DNA from: Anolis carolinensis
Taxonomy: Eukaryota
Assembly: GCF_035594765.1 (NCBI RefSeq)
Contig: NC_085842.1
Coordinates: 103,330,782 to 103,394,781, forward strand
Length of the DNA: 64,000 nucleotides
Direction of reading: 5' to 3'
Shown one piece after another: positions 35,833 through 48,773 of this stretch. The notes beneath the pieces were generated by a model. The model did not search any database. It saw only the letters and a list, made by a program, of their open reading frames with translations, and was not told where the DNA came from. Position 1 is the first letter of the stretch. Each line of letters opens with the position of its first letter. A program made the translations under genes and the position numbers.

Positions 35833-37986
35833 CATGAGATCAATGGTGTGGGGGGTCAACTGGGCAACACCTCATCATTGATCAGATAGCTGAGCAACTT
35901 GTTCTTGCTGAAGCCAATGGCCATTTCACCTAACAGAGAAACAATTTTGCCAGTAGAGCTCTGCCAGGGAGGTGCTTGGCTGGGAAGTCAGCAGCAGCAT
36001 CCCCAAATTATTATTTTATTATTAACTTTATACCCCGCTTTTCTCCATGTGGGAACTCAAGGCAGCTAACAATCTCAAAGAGGAAGAAACCCCCAAGCAT
36101 CAAGGAAAAGAAGAACTTTCACCATTAAAACAGCTGTAAGTCATATGTTCCTACGACATCAAAACATACGCATTTTTGCTAGTATGGATGAGGCCTGGAA
36201 AGCTTCTCATTTTTAAAGGTTACAACTTAAAGTGAACAGTGAAAATATTTGTGATAAAGTTTACTGATAGACACTGAGGCACTCTGTTACAATATAAGCA
36301 TAAGGTATTGGGAAGCGTGGTTGAATCAATCTCATTCTACTTCAAAAGGGGAAATCAGGTTGGTGAATATTGTCATCATTCCCCTATTATGTTAATTTGC
36401 ATTTCATAGTATTCCCAAAGTTTTCATTTTAAAAGTGCATCACAGAGGAATTTTCCATGGATATCCCATCCCAACCCAACAGAGGTAGAGCAGCTGGTTT
36501 GAAAATGAAAAGAAAAATACAGTTATTCTGTAATACAGTAAGGAAAAGTAGAGGATTATATAAGGGTCCAAAAGTTAATGCAATTAAAATAACTTCAAGA
36601 AAATTGAGGCATCAGATTAGGATGTCTGAGTAATTAGCAACGCTTTTGGGGAATTCGTAAAATATACAGTACTTTATTTAAAAATCATATTTTTAAAAAT
36701 TCTAAAGTGTGTTTTAATCATAAATGTATTGAATGAGGAAATAAAATACAGTTCCTAAAATGATTAATTATAAACATATGCATTTATTGTGTCAATTACA
36801 AATAATATAAAGATGTTAGGCAAAGTTATCAATTGTGTAAAGCCCCTAACGTAGACAATCAGCCTTTGGTACTATCGCATAAACACCTATATTTTAATCA
36901 AGGTGAGAAACCAGAAAATGATTATAGAAAATATTAAAGAAGCTGTTATTATCAAATAAATTCTTGAATTATTTACATTTCAACTATCCAGTAGTGTTGT
37001 GCATTCATGTGGAATTGCTATTCGTTTCATTCGTGTCATCTCATTTTCATATTTGTGTCCTGCTAACAATAATAGGGTGTCTATACGACATGAATTTTCA
37101 TCTGGATAACGAAAAACATGAAAATCTTTGTGCCATTGGCTGCAATGGGAGGGCTTCCAAGGCTACCCTCCAGCTCGGTTTTTGGGCTAGAGGAGTAAAA
37201 ATCACCACACACTGGGGGCATTTCAACCACTTTTAGCCCACCAACTTTTAAAACATTTGGGTCTTCCCCAGAGTACTATTGTGATTCACAGTCTTTCCAT
37301 TCAAGTGAGGAAAAGTATCCTTCTCCAATTAATTCTTCATTTCCCCCACTGCCCAAATCTCCTCCTCCCCTTGGTGTGTAATGTAACGCCAGGCTGCTGT
37401 AGTAGCAAGGGATGGGAAAGGGGAAAAAGGAAAACCAGGGAGAGGAATAATTGTTTTTTCCCTATTGCTGCCAGTTAGAAGGCTAAGCTCCACCCACTTG
37501 ATTTCCTAGCAACCCACTCAGACCAATCTTCCACAGATTATCTAATTTGCTCTGGATTATATGGCATTGTAGACTCAAGGCCCTTCCACACAGCTATATT
37601 ACCCATTTATAATCTTATATTATCTGCTTTGAACTGAATTATCTTGAGTCCACACTGCCATATAACCCACTTCAGTGTGCATTTTATACAGCTGTGTAGA
37701 AGGAGCCTCATATCATCCAGTTCTAAGCAGATAATATAAGATTATAAATATACAGTAGAGTCTCACTTATCCAACATAAATACCCCGGCAGAACGTTGGA
37801 TAAGCGAATATGTTGGATAATAAGAAGGGATTAAGGAAAAGTCTATTTAACATCAAATTTCATTATGATTTTTCAAATTAAGCACCAAGACATCAGGTTA
37901 TACAACAAATTTGACAGAAAAAGTAGTTCAATGTGCGATAATGCTATGTAGTAATTACTGTATTTACGAATTTAATACCAAAACAT

Positions 37987-40747
37987 TGGAACAAATTGGA
38001 GTCCTCCATCATCACAGCCTGCAAAAAAACCATTGGATACCAAACTAAGAAACATCAAGACTGGTTTGACGATAACGACAAAGAGATCCAACAGCTAATT
38101 GATAACAAAAAGAAAGCCTTCCAAACATGACAGAGAGACACCAACTGTGCTGCTAAGAAAAAAGATCTATGCCAGTGCAAAAGCTGAGGTCCAAAGGACC
38201 AGAGGACTCAAGAACATCTGGTGGACAAAGAAGGCTGAAGAAATCCAACACTTTGCAGATACCCATGATGCTCAGGGATTTTTCAAAGCCACAAAGAACA
38301 TTTACGGACCAAGAAACCATGGCATACAGCCTCTACGCTCATCAGATGGAACCAAACTTCTGAAGGACAAAACATCAATTGCACTACATTGGAAAGAGCA
38401 CTACCAGAACCTGCTGAATCGCAGCTCTAATGTGGCCAAAGAGGTTCTCTCACAAATCCCACAACAACAAACCAGAGATGAGCTTGCAGCACTGCCTAGT
38501 TTGGAAGAAGTCAGCAATGCCATCAGCCAACAAAAAAACAACAAAGCCAGTGGACCTGATGGGATCCCTGCTGAAATCTTCAAAGAGGGTGGACCTGAGT
38601 TGATACAACAACTCCACCAGCTCATTGAAAAGGTGTGGGTGACCGAGAAAATCCCAGCAGACTTCAAGGATGCCACCATCATCACCCAGACAGAACAGAC
38701 TGTAGGAACTATCATGGTATCTCCCTTCTAACCTCCGTTGGGAAAATTCTCGCAAGAACCCTTGCAAACCGCCTTCTCCCTGTTTCAGAAGACACCCTCC
38801 CAGAATCCCAGAATGGCTCCCGCCCCTCCAGGGGAACAGTGAACATGATCTTCACTGCACGACAGCTCCAAGAAAAATGCAGGGAACAAAATCAACCTCT
38901 GTACATGGCATTCATTGACCTTGCAAAGGCATTTGACACAGTGAATCACAGCGCTTTCTGGACCATCCTCCAAAAAAATCGGGTGACCTGACAAATTTGT
39001 GAACATCCTTCAGCTCCTCCATGATGACATGATGGCAGTAGTCTTGGACAGCAACGGCTCCCAAAGTGACCCATTTAAGGTGGAATCAGGTGTCAAGCAG
39101 GGATGTGTTATTGCCCCTACCTTATTTTCCATCTTCATCACTATGATACTTCACCTTGTTGATGGGAAGCTTCCCTCCGGAGTGGAAATCATCTATCGGA
39201 CAGATGGCAAGCTATTTAACCTCAGCAGACTGAAAGCCAAAACCAAGGTCACCACAACATCTATTATAGAACTCCAATATGCCGATGACAACGTAGTCTG
39301 TGCACACTCAGAAGAATTCCTACAAGCCACTCTAAACACCTTCGCAGAAGCATACGAGAAGCTCGGCCTCTCATTGAACATCGAGAAAACCAAAGTACTC
39401 TTCCAACAGGCACCAGCTAATCCCTCTGCAATGCCAAGAATACAGCTTAATGGTGTCACATTAGAAAATGTTGACCATTTCCGATACCTTGGCAGCCACC
39501 TCTCCACAAAAGTCAACATCAACATTGAAATACAACACTGCCTGAGCTCTGAGAGTGCAGCATTTTTCCGAATGAAGCAGAGAGTGTTTGATGATCGGGA
39601 CATCCGTAGAGATACCAAGGTGCTTGTTTATAAAGCCATTGTCCTCCCAACCCTGCTCTATGCCTGCGAAACGTGGATGGTCTACAGACGTCACACTCAA
39701 CACCTATTTATTATTTTATTTATTTACAGTATTTATATTCCACCCTTCTCACCCCGAAGGGGACTCAGGGTGGATCACATTATACACACATAGGGCAAAC
39801 ATTCAATGCTCATAAACACATCAAACAGAGACCGAGACAGAGGGATGCAGAGGCAAGTTAATCTTCTCCTGAGGGGATGTTTGATTCTGGCCACGGGGGG
39901 AGCAGCTGCTTCATCATCCACTCTGATGGCACTTCCTCATTCCAGGTCATAAATTAGTTAACCTTGTCTCCTCACTTTTTTTATAAGTGGTACCTTATTT
40001 CCTACTTGATAGATGCAACTATCTTTCGGGTTGCTAGGTCAGCAACAAGCAGGGGTTATTTTTTATTTTTAATTGATGGGTGCTCACCCCGCCACGGGCT
40101 GGCCTCGAACTCATGACCTCATGGTCAGAGTGATTTATTGCAGCTGCTCAACAGCCTGCGCCACAGCCCGGCCCCTAGAGCGTTTCCATCAGCGTTGCCT
40201 CAGAAAAATCCTGCAAATCTCTTGGGAAGACAGGCAGACAAATGTCAGCATGCTGGAAGAAGCAAAGACCACCAGCATTGAAGCGATGCTTCTACACCAT
40301 CAACTCCGCTGGACTGGCCATGTTGTCTGAATGCCCGATCACCGTCTCCCAAAGCAGTTGCTCTACTCCAAACTCAAGAAAGGGAAACGTAATGTTGGTG
40401 AGCAGGAAAAGAGATTTAAAGATGGGCTTAAAGCCAACCTTAAAAACTGTGGCATAGACACTGAGAACTAGGAAGCCTTGAGCTCTCTAATTGGAGGTCA
40501 GCTGTGACCAGCAGTGCTGCGGAGTTTGAAGAGGAACAAATGGAGGGCTTAAGGGAGAAACGTGCCAAGAGGAAGGCCCATCAAGCCAACTCTGACCAGG
40601 ACCGCCTTCCACCTGGAATCCGATGTCCTCACTGCGGTAGAACATACAGATCAAGAATAGGTCTTTTCAACCACCTAAGAACCCACCCACAGGACCCCAT
40701 GGCTGGAAGACCATCATCCTCGAACTACGAGAGATCGCCTAAGTAAG
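37987..40747 (+). mobile_element. 5'-truncated RTE-clade LINE, frameshifted
   Basis: KASGPDGIPAE, NYHGISLL, FIDLAKAFDTV, GVKQGCVIAP, LQYADD, FRYLGS, LRWTGHV, C-terminal CPHC...H...H. (TAAG)n tail. TSD TACCAAAACAT (37976-86 / 40748-58). Confidence 0.92.
39707..40173 (-). mobile_element. tRNA-headed SINE with L2-type tail, inserted in the RTE
   Basis: Minus strand GGCCGGGCTGTGGCGCAG (A box), GAGTTCGAGGC (B box), tail GTGATCCACCCTGAGTCCCC..GGGTGAGAAGGG then (TAAA)n. Removing it restores RTE YRRHTQHL|ERFHQRCLR. Short CCTA duplication. Confidence 0.85.
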
Positions 40748-41029
40748 TACCAAAACATCACAATGGATTGAAAACATTGACTACAAAAACATTGACTACT
40801 AAAAGGCCAACTGCGCTGGATAATCCAGAACATTGGATAAGCGAATGTTGGATAAGTGAGACTCTACTGTAATATGAAATACTTACTGTGATATAATAAT
40901 ACCGAACCATATAATCTCTAAAACCAGGACCGTAAATAAAGAGCAACACTCTGAAAGCAGGGAAATTGGGAATTCCAGAAAGGAAACAATCAGGGACAGC
41001 TAATACTTCCCAACAAATGATTCTCCCAG

Positions 41030-41510
41030 GCAGGAAGCAAACAGGCTTTGAAGCTGCAAGGCCATTAAATGCTAATCAAGGTGGCTAATTGCAGCATTCA
41101 TACCTGCCACACTAAGACTATTCATTGCTATTAAAACTGGCCAACCAAGGATTCCGCAAGATAGAAAGTGGCCAGGCTTGCAAGCAGCAAAGCTATTCAG
41201 TGCTATTCAACCTGGCCAACCAAGATTTCCCCTAGATAGAAAACCCCCAAGTTCTGAAGCCACAAGGTTATTCTGCCCCATACAACCAGGCCTAGAAAGG
41301 ATGCCCTATGTAGAAAGCAGCCAGGCTTTTAAGCTGCAAGACTATTCAGTGCAGTTCAAGTTGGCCAAACAATGATTCTCCTACAAAGGAAGTAGCCAGG
41401 CTTCAAAGCGGCTCTTTGATTGAGGGTGCTACTCCAGCTACTCCAGGAAATGGCCAGGCTTTGAGGCTGCAAGGCTATTCACTGCTGGCTAACAAATTAT
41501 TCCCATAAGC
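41030..41510 (+). repeat. Degenerate ~60-65 bp tandem array derived from a Penelope 3' segment
   Basis: Repeated GCCAGGCTTTGAAGCTGCAAGGCTATTCAGTGCTATTCAACCTGGCCAACCAAGGATTC-like units; the first unit is continuous with Penelope sequence. Confidence 0.7.
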
Positions 41511-41752
41511 CACAGCAATGCGTGACCAGGCAAAGCTTGTGTGTGTGTGTGTGTGTGTGTATGTGTGTATAGAGAGAGAGCACCCATTTGGCAGGCACAC
41601 ATCTGATGTAAAGCAAAGGCATTCCTCTCCCAGACTCAGCTTAGGGTCCCAGAGTAACTATTCATTATTAATATGAAAATTATATCACCCATTGTTACAC
41701 ATCAGCTGTAATGGAATGCAGCCCTCTGCAGTATGAAAGGAAAACAAAAAGC

Positions 41753-42360
41753 AATAATAAATAATAATAATAATAAAACTTTATTTATACCCCGCCACCA
41801 TCTCCCCAACGGGGACTCGGGGCGGCTTACATGGGGCCATGCCCAGACACCATACAATATAACAAAATAAAACAACATATCATAACACAATATAACAGTG
41901 CAAAAATAATCATATACAATACAGCACAAATCAGAGAAAACAGTAAAAAACAGGGCGGGCCACATGAACACTTAATTAAAAACTCGGGAGAGAGAGACAT
42001 AGGAATAGGGGGAAACAGGGAAATAAAATGGTGGAGCAGTCTAAAGGATAAAAACCAAGGGGAATGGCCAGAGCAATATATTACATTTACTCCCCAAAGG
42101 CACATCGGAAAAGCCATGTTTTTAGATCTTTCTTAAAGGCTAACAAGGTGGGGGCTTGCCTAATCTCAGTGGGCAATGAATTCCACAGTCGGGGGGCCAC
42201 AGCAGAAAAAGCCCTCTCCCTCGTTCCCACAAGACGGGCCTGGGACAGAGGCAGTGGCGAAAGGAAGGCCTCCCCGGATGAACGAAGGGAACGAGCAGGT
42301 TTATGGTAGGAGATACGGTCCCTAAGGTAGGTGGGTCCCAAACCGTTTAGGGCTTTATAG
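41753..42360 (-). mobile_element. L2 LINE 3' fragment
   Basis: GPTYLRDRISYHKPARSLRSSGEAFL...RAFSAVAPRLWNSLP.EIRQAPTLLAFKKDLKTWLF; 3' stem-loop and (TTA)n tail. Confidence 0.9.
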
Positions 42361-44851
42361 ATGCTTTATGTCTGCAGCTTTCATTATCGTTTTGTCCTAT
42401 CATTCATATGAAAATGTCCTCATTTGTTTTATGTAGACAAACAGTCAAAACGAAATGATAGCACGATCAAATGAAGGAAAAAAATTTGCGCACATCTCTA
42501 CTATCCAGCTATACTTTTTTTCTCACTAATGTAGACTGGATACAAATCATGTGAATTGTAGTTTTTAATGTTTTTTAGCCTTCTCTGCCAAAGACAGCTA
42601 ATGCCTCACCAAACTACAAATCTCAGGATTCCATAGCAATAAGCTGTGGCAGTTAAAGTGGTATCAAACTGCATTAATTCTGCTGTGTAGCTGCACCCTT
42701 AGACAATATCATTTTTATACGATTTGGCAAGTGCATTAATAACACCATAGATGGCCACTTTCCCGATCATAACTAGCCAGCCTGTGCTTTTTCCTATCTC
42801 AATGACTCAAAGAAGCCACTGTATAGGCAAAAAAACAACAACTTCAGTATACAGGTCAAGAAGGTTGATGTGGTTTTCTAAATGGCTGAGACTACTGCTT
42901 TTCAGCCTGTCTGCTGTGGGGAGCTGGCTATTACTTTTTTCACACTGGCCTGGACTGCTTATTTATTTACTTGCTCGGTTTTTCCTTTCTATTCTAGAAC
43001 TCAAAAAAACATGTTTTAAAAGGATATCATCTGAATACATCCATGTTGGCTAGTAGCAGATGAAATATCTTTTTTTCTAATTCATTTACTGGATCTGAGG
43101 AAATCAGACACTGTAACATGAAATAGTTATTGACAAATCCATTGGTATTTATTGAAAAACGATTAAAAGAGCTGCCAGTATTTGTTAGAAAATATATTTC
43201 AGTTGGAGACTCACCTGGGATAAGTCCCATCCAACGAAAAGAACTTAGCTCAGAGAAAACATGCATAGGCATACATTGCAAAATTGATGTTTGTGAACAC
43301 TTAAGAACACTTGATATTTGTGATGGAAAATTATCTAATCTGCACTCCCACAATTGTGCAGACTGGATCTTTCACTTCATTAAGTTTTTTGATACAGTTC
43401 TTAGTTAAAGAACATACCAAAATTGATTTACAAATATGTGTTTAAAGATGACATATAGAAAAAATATGTAAAATGTTTTCTTGTTGTTGAGTGTCTTCAA
43501 GTCATTTCCAATTTCTTGCAATCCTAAGGTAACCCTATCACGGGGTTTCTTGGCAAGATTTGTTCAGATCTTCCTTTGCTCTCCTCTGAGGATGAGGAGA
43601 GCATAGGCTGAGTGGAGTTTCAAACCCTGATGATCCAGTGCTCAAACCATTTTGTCACTGGCTCTCTTAAAATACGTTTTAAATGTGCATTTCTATATTA
43701 ATATTGTGAAATTTAATTCAAATATTTTACAAGCAATAGTGTGGAAGAAATGATAAAACAGACTTATAAATGAACAGATGTGAGTAGCGTAGACTTCTCC
43801 ATCATTTCTATTGGTTAAAAATTCAACGCACAATAACACTGAAAAATCAGCTCTCTAAAAATGTTTCAATACTGGCATCCAAACATCTACTGAACATTTG
43901 CACTTTGAATGGTATGGTACTTCACCCTCTTCTTCACTAAATTCTGTATATAATTAAGTTTTTCTCTTGACTAATTAAATGAGAAACAGTTTATCATCAA
44001 ATATGACGATTCACTGAAGAGGCTTTCATTCAACATGCTCTCATAGCTGTGTGCAAAACATTGTCCATGTTAGACAGTCATTAAATGTGACTTGGGGTTA
44101 AATTGCTTTCTTGGAGTGGAATGTTTTCAAAATAAATAGTTTTCCCAGAACTGTACTGTATATTCTCAATGGATTAAAAAACAGATCACATTGTCTTCAA
44201 CTGACATTCCTTGTCAAAGTAGATTTTCCAGACATGAAACAAAAATACAATACCTATTTTTTGACAAGACATGAGACCATGAGCAAAAGCTTAACACTTC
44301 CCTGATTCATTTATATATATTTGTTTTCATTTGCGCTTCCACTAATTATTATCCCCTTTTTCATTTTGAAAATCAGTCCTTGGCTAATAAAACGTTTTTA
44401 TTGAGAAAACTGGAAAACACCCTCTTTTCCAAAAATATGCTAGTTTTTGATGCTTGCTGCTTCCTTCATCATACCAGTATGGTATACAGTTCATGCAGAG
44501 AAAAAAGGATGTTGTAGGAGTTACAAGCTGCAAAGACTTTCATTTTTAATTGTACTTCCTTTTTACTGATATATATTAATTTATTTTGGCCACAATCCAG
44601 AAGTTCAATACAAAAACATGCATAAATAACATTAACATTTACAACATGTCTAAAACATTGTAGATACAAACAGAACATAACTGAAAGCTATGGACTAAAA
44701 TATGTTGTGTGATTTATACAAATATGAAATAATTTAAACATGCAAGTTAAAACATTATCATATCCAATTCACTACTTGCTCCCTTAATTTAATAACAGTG
44801 CACAAAACTTAGCTACTTTTAAAGTGATCTGTGATTGTCTACCCTCTATTA

Positions 44852-45647
44852 CAGTGGTTCCCAAACTTATTTGGCCTACTGCCCCCTTTCCAGAAAAAAT
44901 ATTACTCAGTGCCTCCTGGAAAGGGGGGCGTGGCTTAGAGAGGTGGGCGTGGCTCCTGCTCAAGAGGGTGGTGCTGAGCCTCTCCCCTAGTCCAAGATGC
45001 AGGGTTGGGAGGGGAGATGGGTGGGGCCACAAATTGGCGGTCAGGACTGGGTTAGGTGGAGTTACAAGTTCTGAGGCAGGGCTGAGCCTCTATCCCTGTC
45101 CTGCGGCGCCTGCCAGGACACAGGAGGCAGGGCTAGAGGAGGGGGCGGGGCCTCTTCCCAAGTGCCTGATGGGGCTGAACCTCTATACCCCACCCCCGTG
45201 TTCTAACAAGCACCTCAGGGGAGGTATACAGAGGCTCAACCCTGTCTTGCGCTCTTGGGAAGAGGCCCCGTCTCCGTGCCTAGCCCTGCCCTTTAGTCAT
45301 ATAAGGCCTTTCAGGACAGGTATAGAGGCTCAGCCCTGTCTTGGGCTCTTGGAAGGAGGCCCAGCCCACTTCCCTAGCTCCGCCCTCTGTGTCCCAACAA
45401 GTGCCTCAGAAGAGGTATAGATTCTCAGCCCTGTCTCGGGCTCTTGGAAAGAAGCCATACCCACTCCTCTAGCTCCGTCCCATATGTCCTAACAGGTGCC
45501 TCAGGTGCTCAGCCCTGTCTCCAGCACTTGGGAAGAGGCCCCGCCCCTCCCCTACCCTGGCCCCGTGTCGTAATAGGTGCCATCACCACCCCCTGGATTG
45601 CTGCAGTGCCCACCAGGGGGCAGTAGTGCCCACTTTGGGAATCACTG
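44852..45647. mobile_element. Non-autonomous hAT (Charlie-like) element with opposed internal tandem arrays
   Basis: TIR CAGTGGTTCCCAAA/TTTGGGAATCACTG; perfect TSD CTCTATTA. Confidence 0.88.
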
Positions 45648-46542
45648 CTCTATTAGATACTTTAAACAGTAAACATATTTGCCTGCGATTTTTTGCGTAG
45701 CAGGAGTAGTGAGTGCAGAACAAATGTCCCTGTAGAATTAACAAAATAATAGGAGATGCCTGATGAGTTTCGCTTCATATCACCTGCATGGATTTTCTTG
45801 CCTCCAAATCTACTCTGTAGTAGTGCTAATGGCAGGACATTATATCTGGTTAAGGTGAAGGAGTTCCTAAATTTAGGGATATCTAGCTTAGATACATACC
45901 TCACTGACAAAAATAATTTCCCCATATCTTTGATTTCCAGCTACATGAGCATTTCCCTCAAATGAGATCACAACTTTACATCCCAGATATATTGCTTAAT
46001 CATGGATTTAGCTTTTTCATATCCAAGGGTTATTAAAGCCTGAAGCATGAATCCCACACATCTCAGCTTACTTTTTAGTAAATCCCTGTATGGTTAACCA
46101 TTTCCATTGATTGGCTAACTAATAAATTGCTTATGCTCAAATGTGGCCATTTTCACTGAAAATATATTCAGCAGTATGTAAAGTTTCATCCACTTTGGAC
46201 AGATATTAAATATGACTTATAGTTGATGAGTACAACATTGCTAAATGAATTTAATACGAAACTCATCTGACAAATAAGCTGAGGAGATTCACATGTTACC
46301 ATCTCTCTCTCTCTGTGTGTGTGTGTGTGTGCATATTTTCTGGCTGACTTAATAAATGTGTTTTTTGGATTCTGGATGTGGTTTATTAGTCAGCATCAGC
46401 TCCGGTCCAACATGGAGGCTAGTGAGGCCCCTGCTTGGAGTGCACGGTCCCCTGGGGCGCTGTTGAGGTGCCCCCCCCCGTGGGGACCACCGACTCAGTT
46501 GAAGCCTTCTGCCTTTGGCGGCGGTGGGCATGGCTCTCTCTT

Positions 46543-46697
46543 NNNNNNNNNNNNNNNNNNNNNNNNNNNNNNNNNNNNNNNNNNNNNNNNNNNNNNNNNN
46601 NNNNNNNNNNNNNNNNNNNNNNNNNNNNNNNNNNNNNNNNNNNNNNNNNNNNNNNNNNNNNNNNNNNNNNNNNNNNNNNNNNNNNNNNNNNNNNNNN
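46543..46697. other. Assembly gap
   Basis: Run of N. Confidence 1.
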
Positions 46698-47230
46698 AGA
46701 AGAGAGAAAAAAGAGTCATGCCTGCCGCTTGGCCTTCTCCTCGCCCTGCCTTGGAGCCATCCCCATTTGGTTTTGCTTCTTTCCAAACTTCAACCAGGAA
46801 CCAGTTAGGCTTAAAGGGGAACACCAGAGCCAGGCGAGCCTTCCTAAAGGGAATCCTTGGAGCCAGAGGATATCCCTTTAAGAGATATCTCGCTCCCGGA
46901 AAGGATTATGGCACCAGCTCAATTGCAACAGATTCAGTGCCGTGTAATCATGTGAGTTGCAGTTTTACAAAGTCCCTAGCCTTCCCTGCAGAAGAGAGCC
47001 AGTACCATGCCAAACTACAACTCTCAGTTTTCTGTCAGATTGTTTTGGATTTCAACTCCCACAATTCCTAACACCAGACATGGGCAAAGTTTGCCCTTGC
47101 CTAGTATAGAAGCATTCTATTCTTCTTCTCCAGACATGCCAACAGTTTGTATATTAAGTGATAAAATCCTGGGCATTTTTTCCTTTAATGCTAAAAGTTC
47201 ATAGGTTGTTCAGCAACAGCCTACTGGCTG

Positions 47231-47442
47231 GGTTGCAATGAGTTTTCAGGGCTCTATGGCCATGTTCCAGAGAAGCATTCTCTCCTGAAGTTTCACCCAC
47301 ATCTGTGGCAGACATCCTCAGAGGTTTTGACGTCTGAGGGAAACTAGGCAAGTGGGGTTTATATATCTGTGGAAGGTCCAGGGTGGGAGAAAGAACTCTT
47401 GTCTGTGGGAGGCAAGTGTGAATGTTGCAATTGGTCACCTTG

Positions 47443-47493
<51 letters not shown>

Positions 47494-48380
47494 TTTATTT
47501 TTATACCCCGCCCCATCTCCCCGAAGGGACTTGGGGCGGCTTACATGGGGCCTTGCCCGATAAAACAATCAAATATCAAAACACAGCAATAAAACAGTTA
47601 TCCAATAAAAACATCAATTACAGTAAAAACAATCGTTAAAATCAACATAAAACATACAATATTAACACTGGAGACTAATTCATAGAACCCAGGCAACGTG
47701 CAACATGTGCCGAAATGGGCCAAAATGGGGAAGGTAATTTCACAGTTAAAATGGACAAAGTGCAATATAGCATTGGCAACACCTCAAGAATGGGGCTATT
47801 ATAAAATGGGCAGATCGATCAGTCCAACACCAGATTAAGTATCAAAGGCCTTTTGAAAGAGCCAGGTTTTTAAGCTCCTACGGAAGGAGAGGAGGGTGGG
47901 GGCCTGCCTGATCTCTCTAGGAAGCGAGTTCCAAAGCCGGGGGGCCACGACGGAGAAGGCCCTCTCTCTCGTCCACACCAACCGCGACTGCGAGGGTGGT
48001 GGGAGCAAGAGGAGGGCCTCCCCCGACGAGCGAAGAGAACGTGCGGGTTCGTAGGGGGAGATGCGGTAGGGGGAGATTAGCATTAAATAGCCTTGCAGCT
48101 TCAAAGCCTGGCCGCTTCCTGCCGGGGGGAATCCTTTGTTGGGAGGTGTTACCTGGCCCTAATTGTTTCCTGTCTGGAATTCCCATTTTCTGGGTGTTGT
48201 TCTCTATTTACTGTCCTGATTTTAGCTTTTTAGAAATATTAGTAGCCAGATTTTGTTTATTTTCATGGTTTCCTCTTTTCTGTTGAAATTGTCCATGTGC
48301 TTCTTGTGGATTTCATTGGCTTCTCTGTGTAGTCTGACATGGTGGTTTTTAGAGTGGTCCATCATTTCTGTGTTCTCAAA
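47231..48380 (-). mobile_element. 5'-truncated Penelope (Poseidon-like) element with minimal hammerhead
   Basis: Minus strand encodes a GIY-YIG tail (FENTEMMDHSKNHHVRLHREANEIHK..DNFNRKEE). Hammerhead remnant at 47284-47324. TSD TACTGGCTG (47222-30 / 48381-89), inside a hAT MITE that ends at ~48449. Confidence 0.82.
47447..48074 (-). mobile_element. L2 LINE 3' fragment inserted in the Penelope copy
   Basis: RISPYEPARSLRSSGEALL...RAFSVVAPRLWNSLPREIRQAP; (TTA)n tail; GATTA duplicated at the junctions. Confidence 0.9.
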
Positions 48381-48720
48381 TACTGGCTGTTAGGAATTGT
48401 GGGAGTTGAAGTCCAAAACATCTGGAGGGCCAAAGTTTGCTCATGCCTGATTTAGATCTATCTCAAAAAAGGGTATATTTGGGTATGACCTTGGAAACAT
48501 CTGGCTATAGTGCAAAATGTTTTCAAGTGTTGGGTTTTTGAAGCTGCACAAGATGGCTTTAAGGCAATTTCTGACCCCTCAGCCAAAACATATACAGCCA
48601 ATTTCAGTAAGCTGGAAATAATGTCTTAATCATGTATCCAGCTCAATAGCAGATTGTGATGGGAAAGTTCTGGAAAGTGCAGTATAGAGCAGGCATGGGC
48701 AAACTTTAGTCCTCCAGATA

Positions 48721-48721
<1 letters not shown>

Positions 48722-48772
<51 letters not shown>
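48722..48772. repeat. (TTA)n microsatellite next to an L2-type tail
   Basis: Seen directly; adjacent CTGCCCTC..TCC..AAGGACTGAGGGCAGCTT resembles the L2 stem-loop. Confidence 0.85.

Positions 48773-48773
<1 letters not shown>

Larger units (their letters stand above)
37753..40869. mobile_element. Tc1/mariner-type MITE split by the RTE insertion
   Basis: TA-flanked CAGTAGAGTCTCACTTATCCAA TIRs at both ends. Confidence 0.88.
37437..41539 (+). mobile_element. Putative non-autonomous Helitron (5' end not identified) with cargo and later insertions
   Basis: 3' end GCCACAGCAATGCGTGACCAGGCAAAGCTTG|T resembles a decayed hairpin plus CTAG|T. Interior is a mosaic of Harbinger MITE, mariner MITE and Penelope-derived tandem units. 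Left boundary rests on my recollection of Anolis Helitron composites. Confidence 0.5.

Noticed and set aside
41030-41510. CRISPR-like array
   Set aside because: Degenerate tandem units without unique spacers, vertebrate context, no cas genes.
46319-47071. Long ORFs spanning N runs (also 18157-18525)
   Set aside because: Artefacts of assembly gaps.
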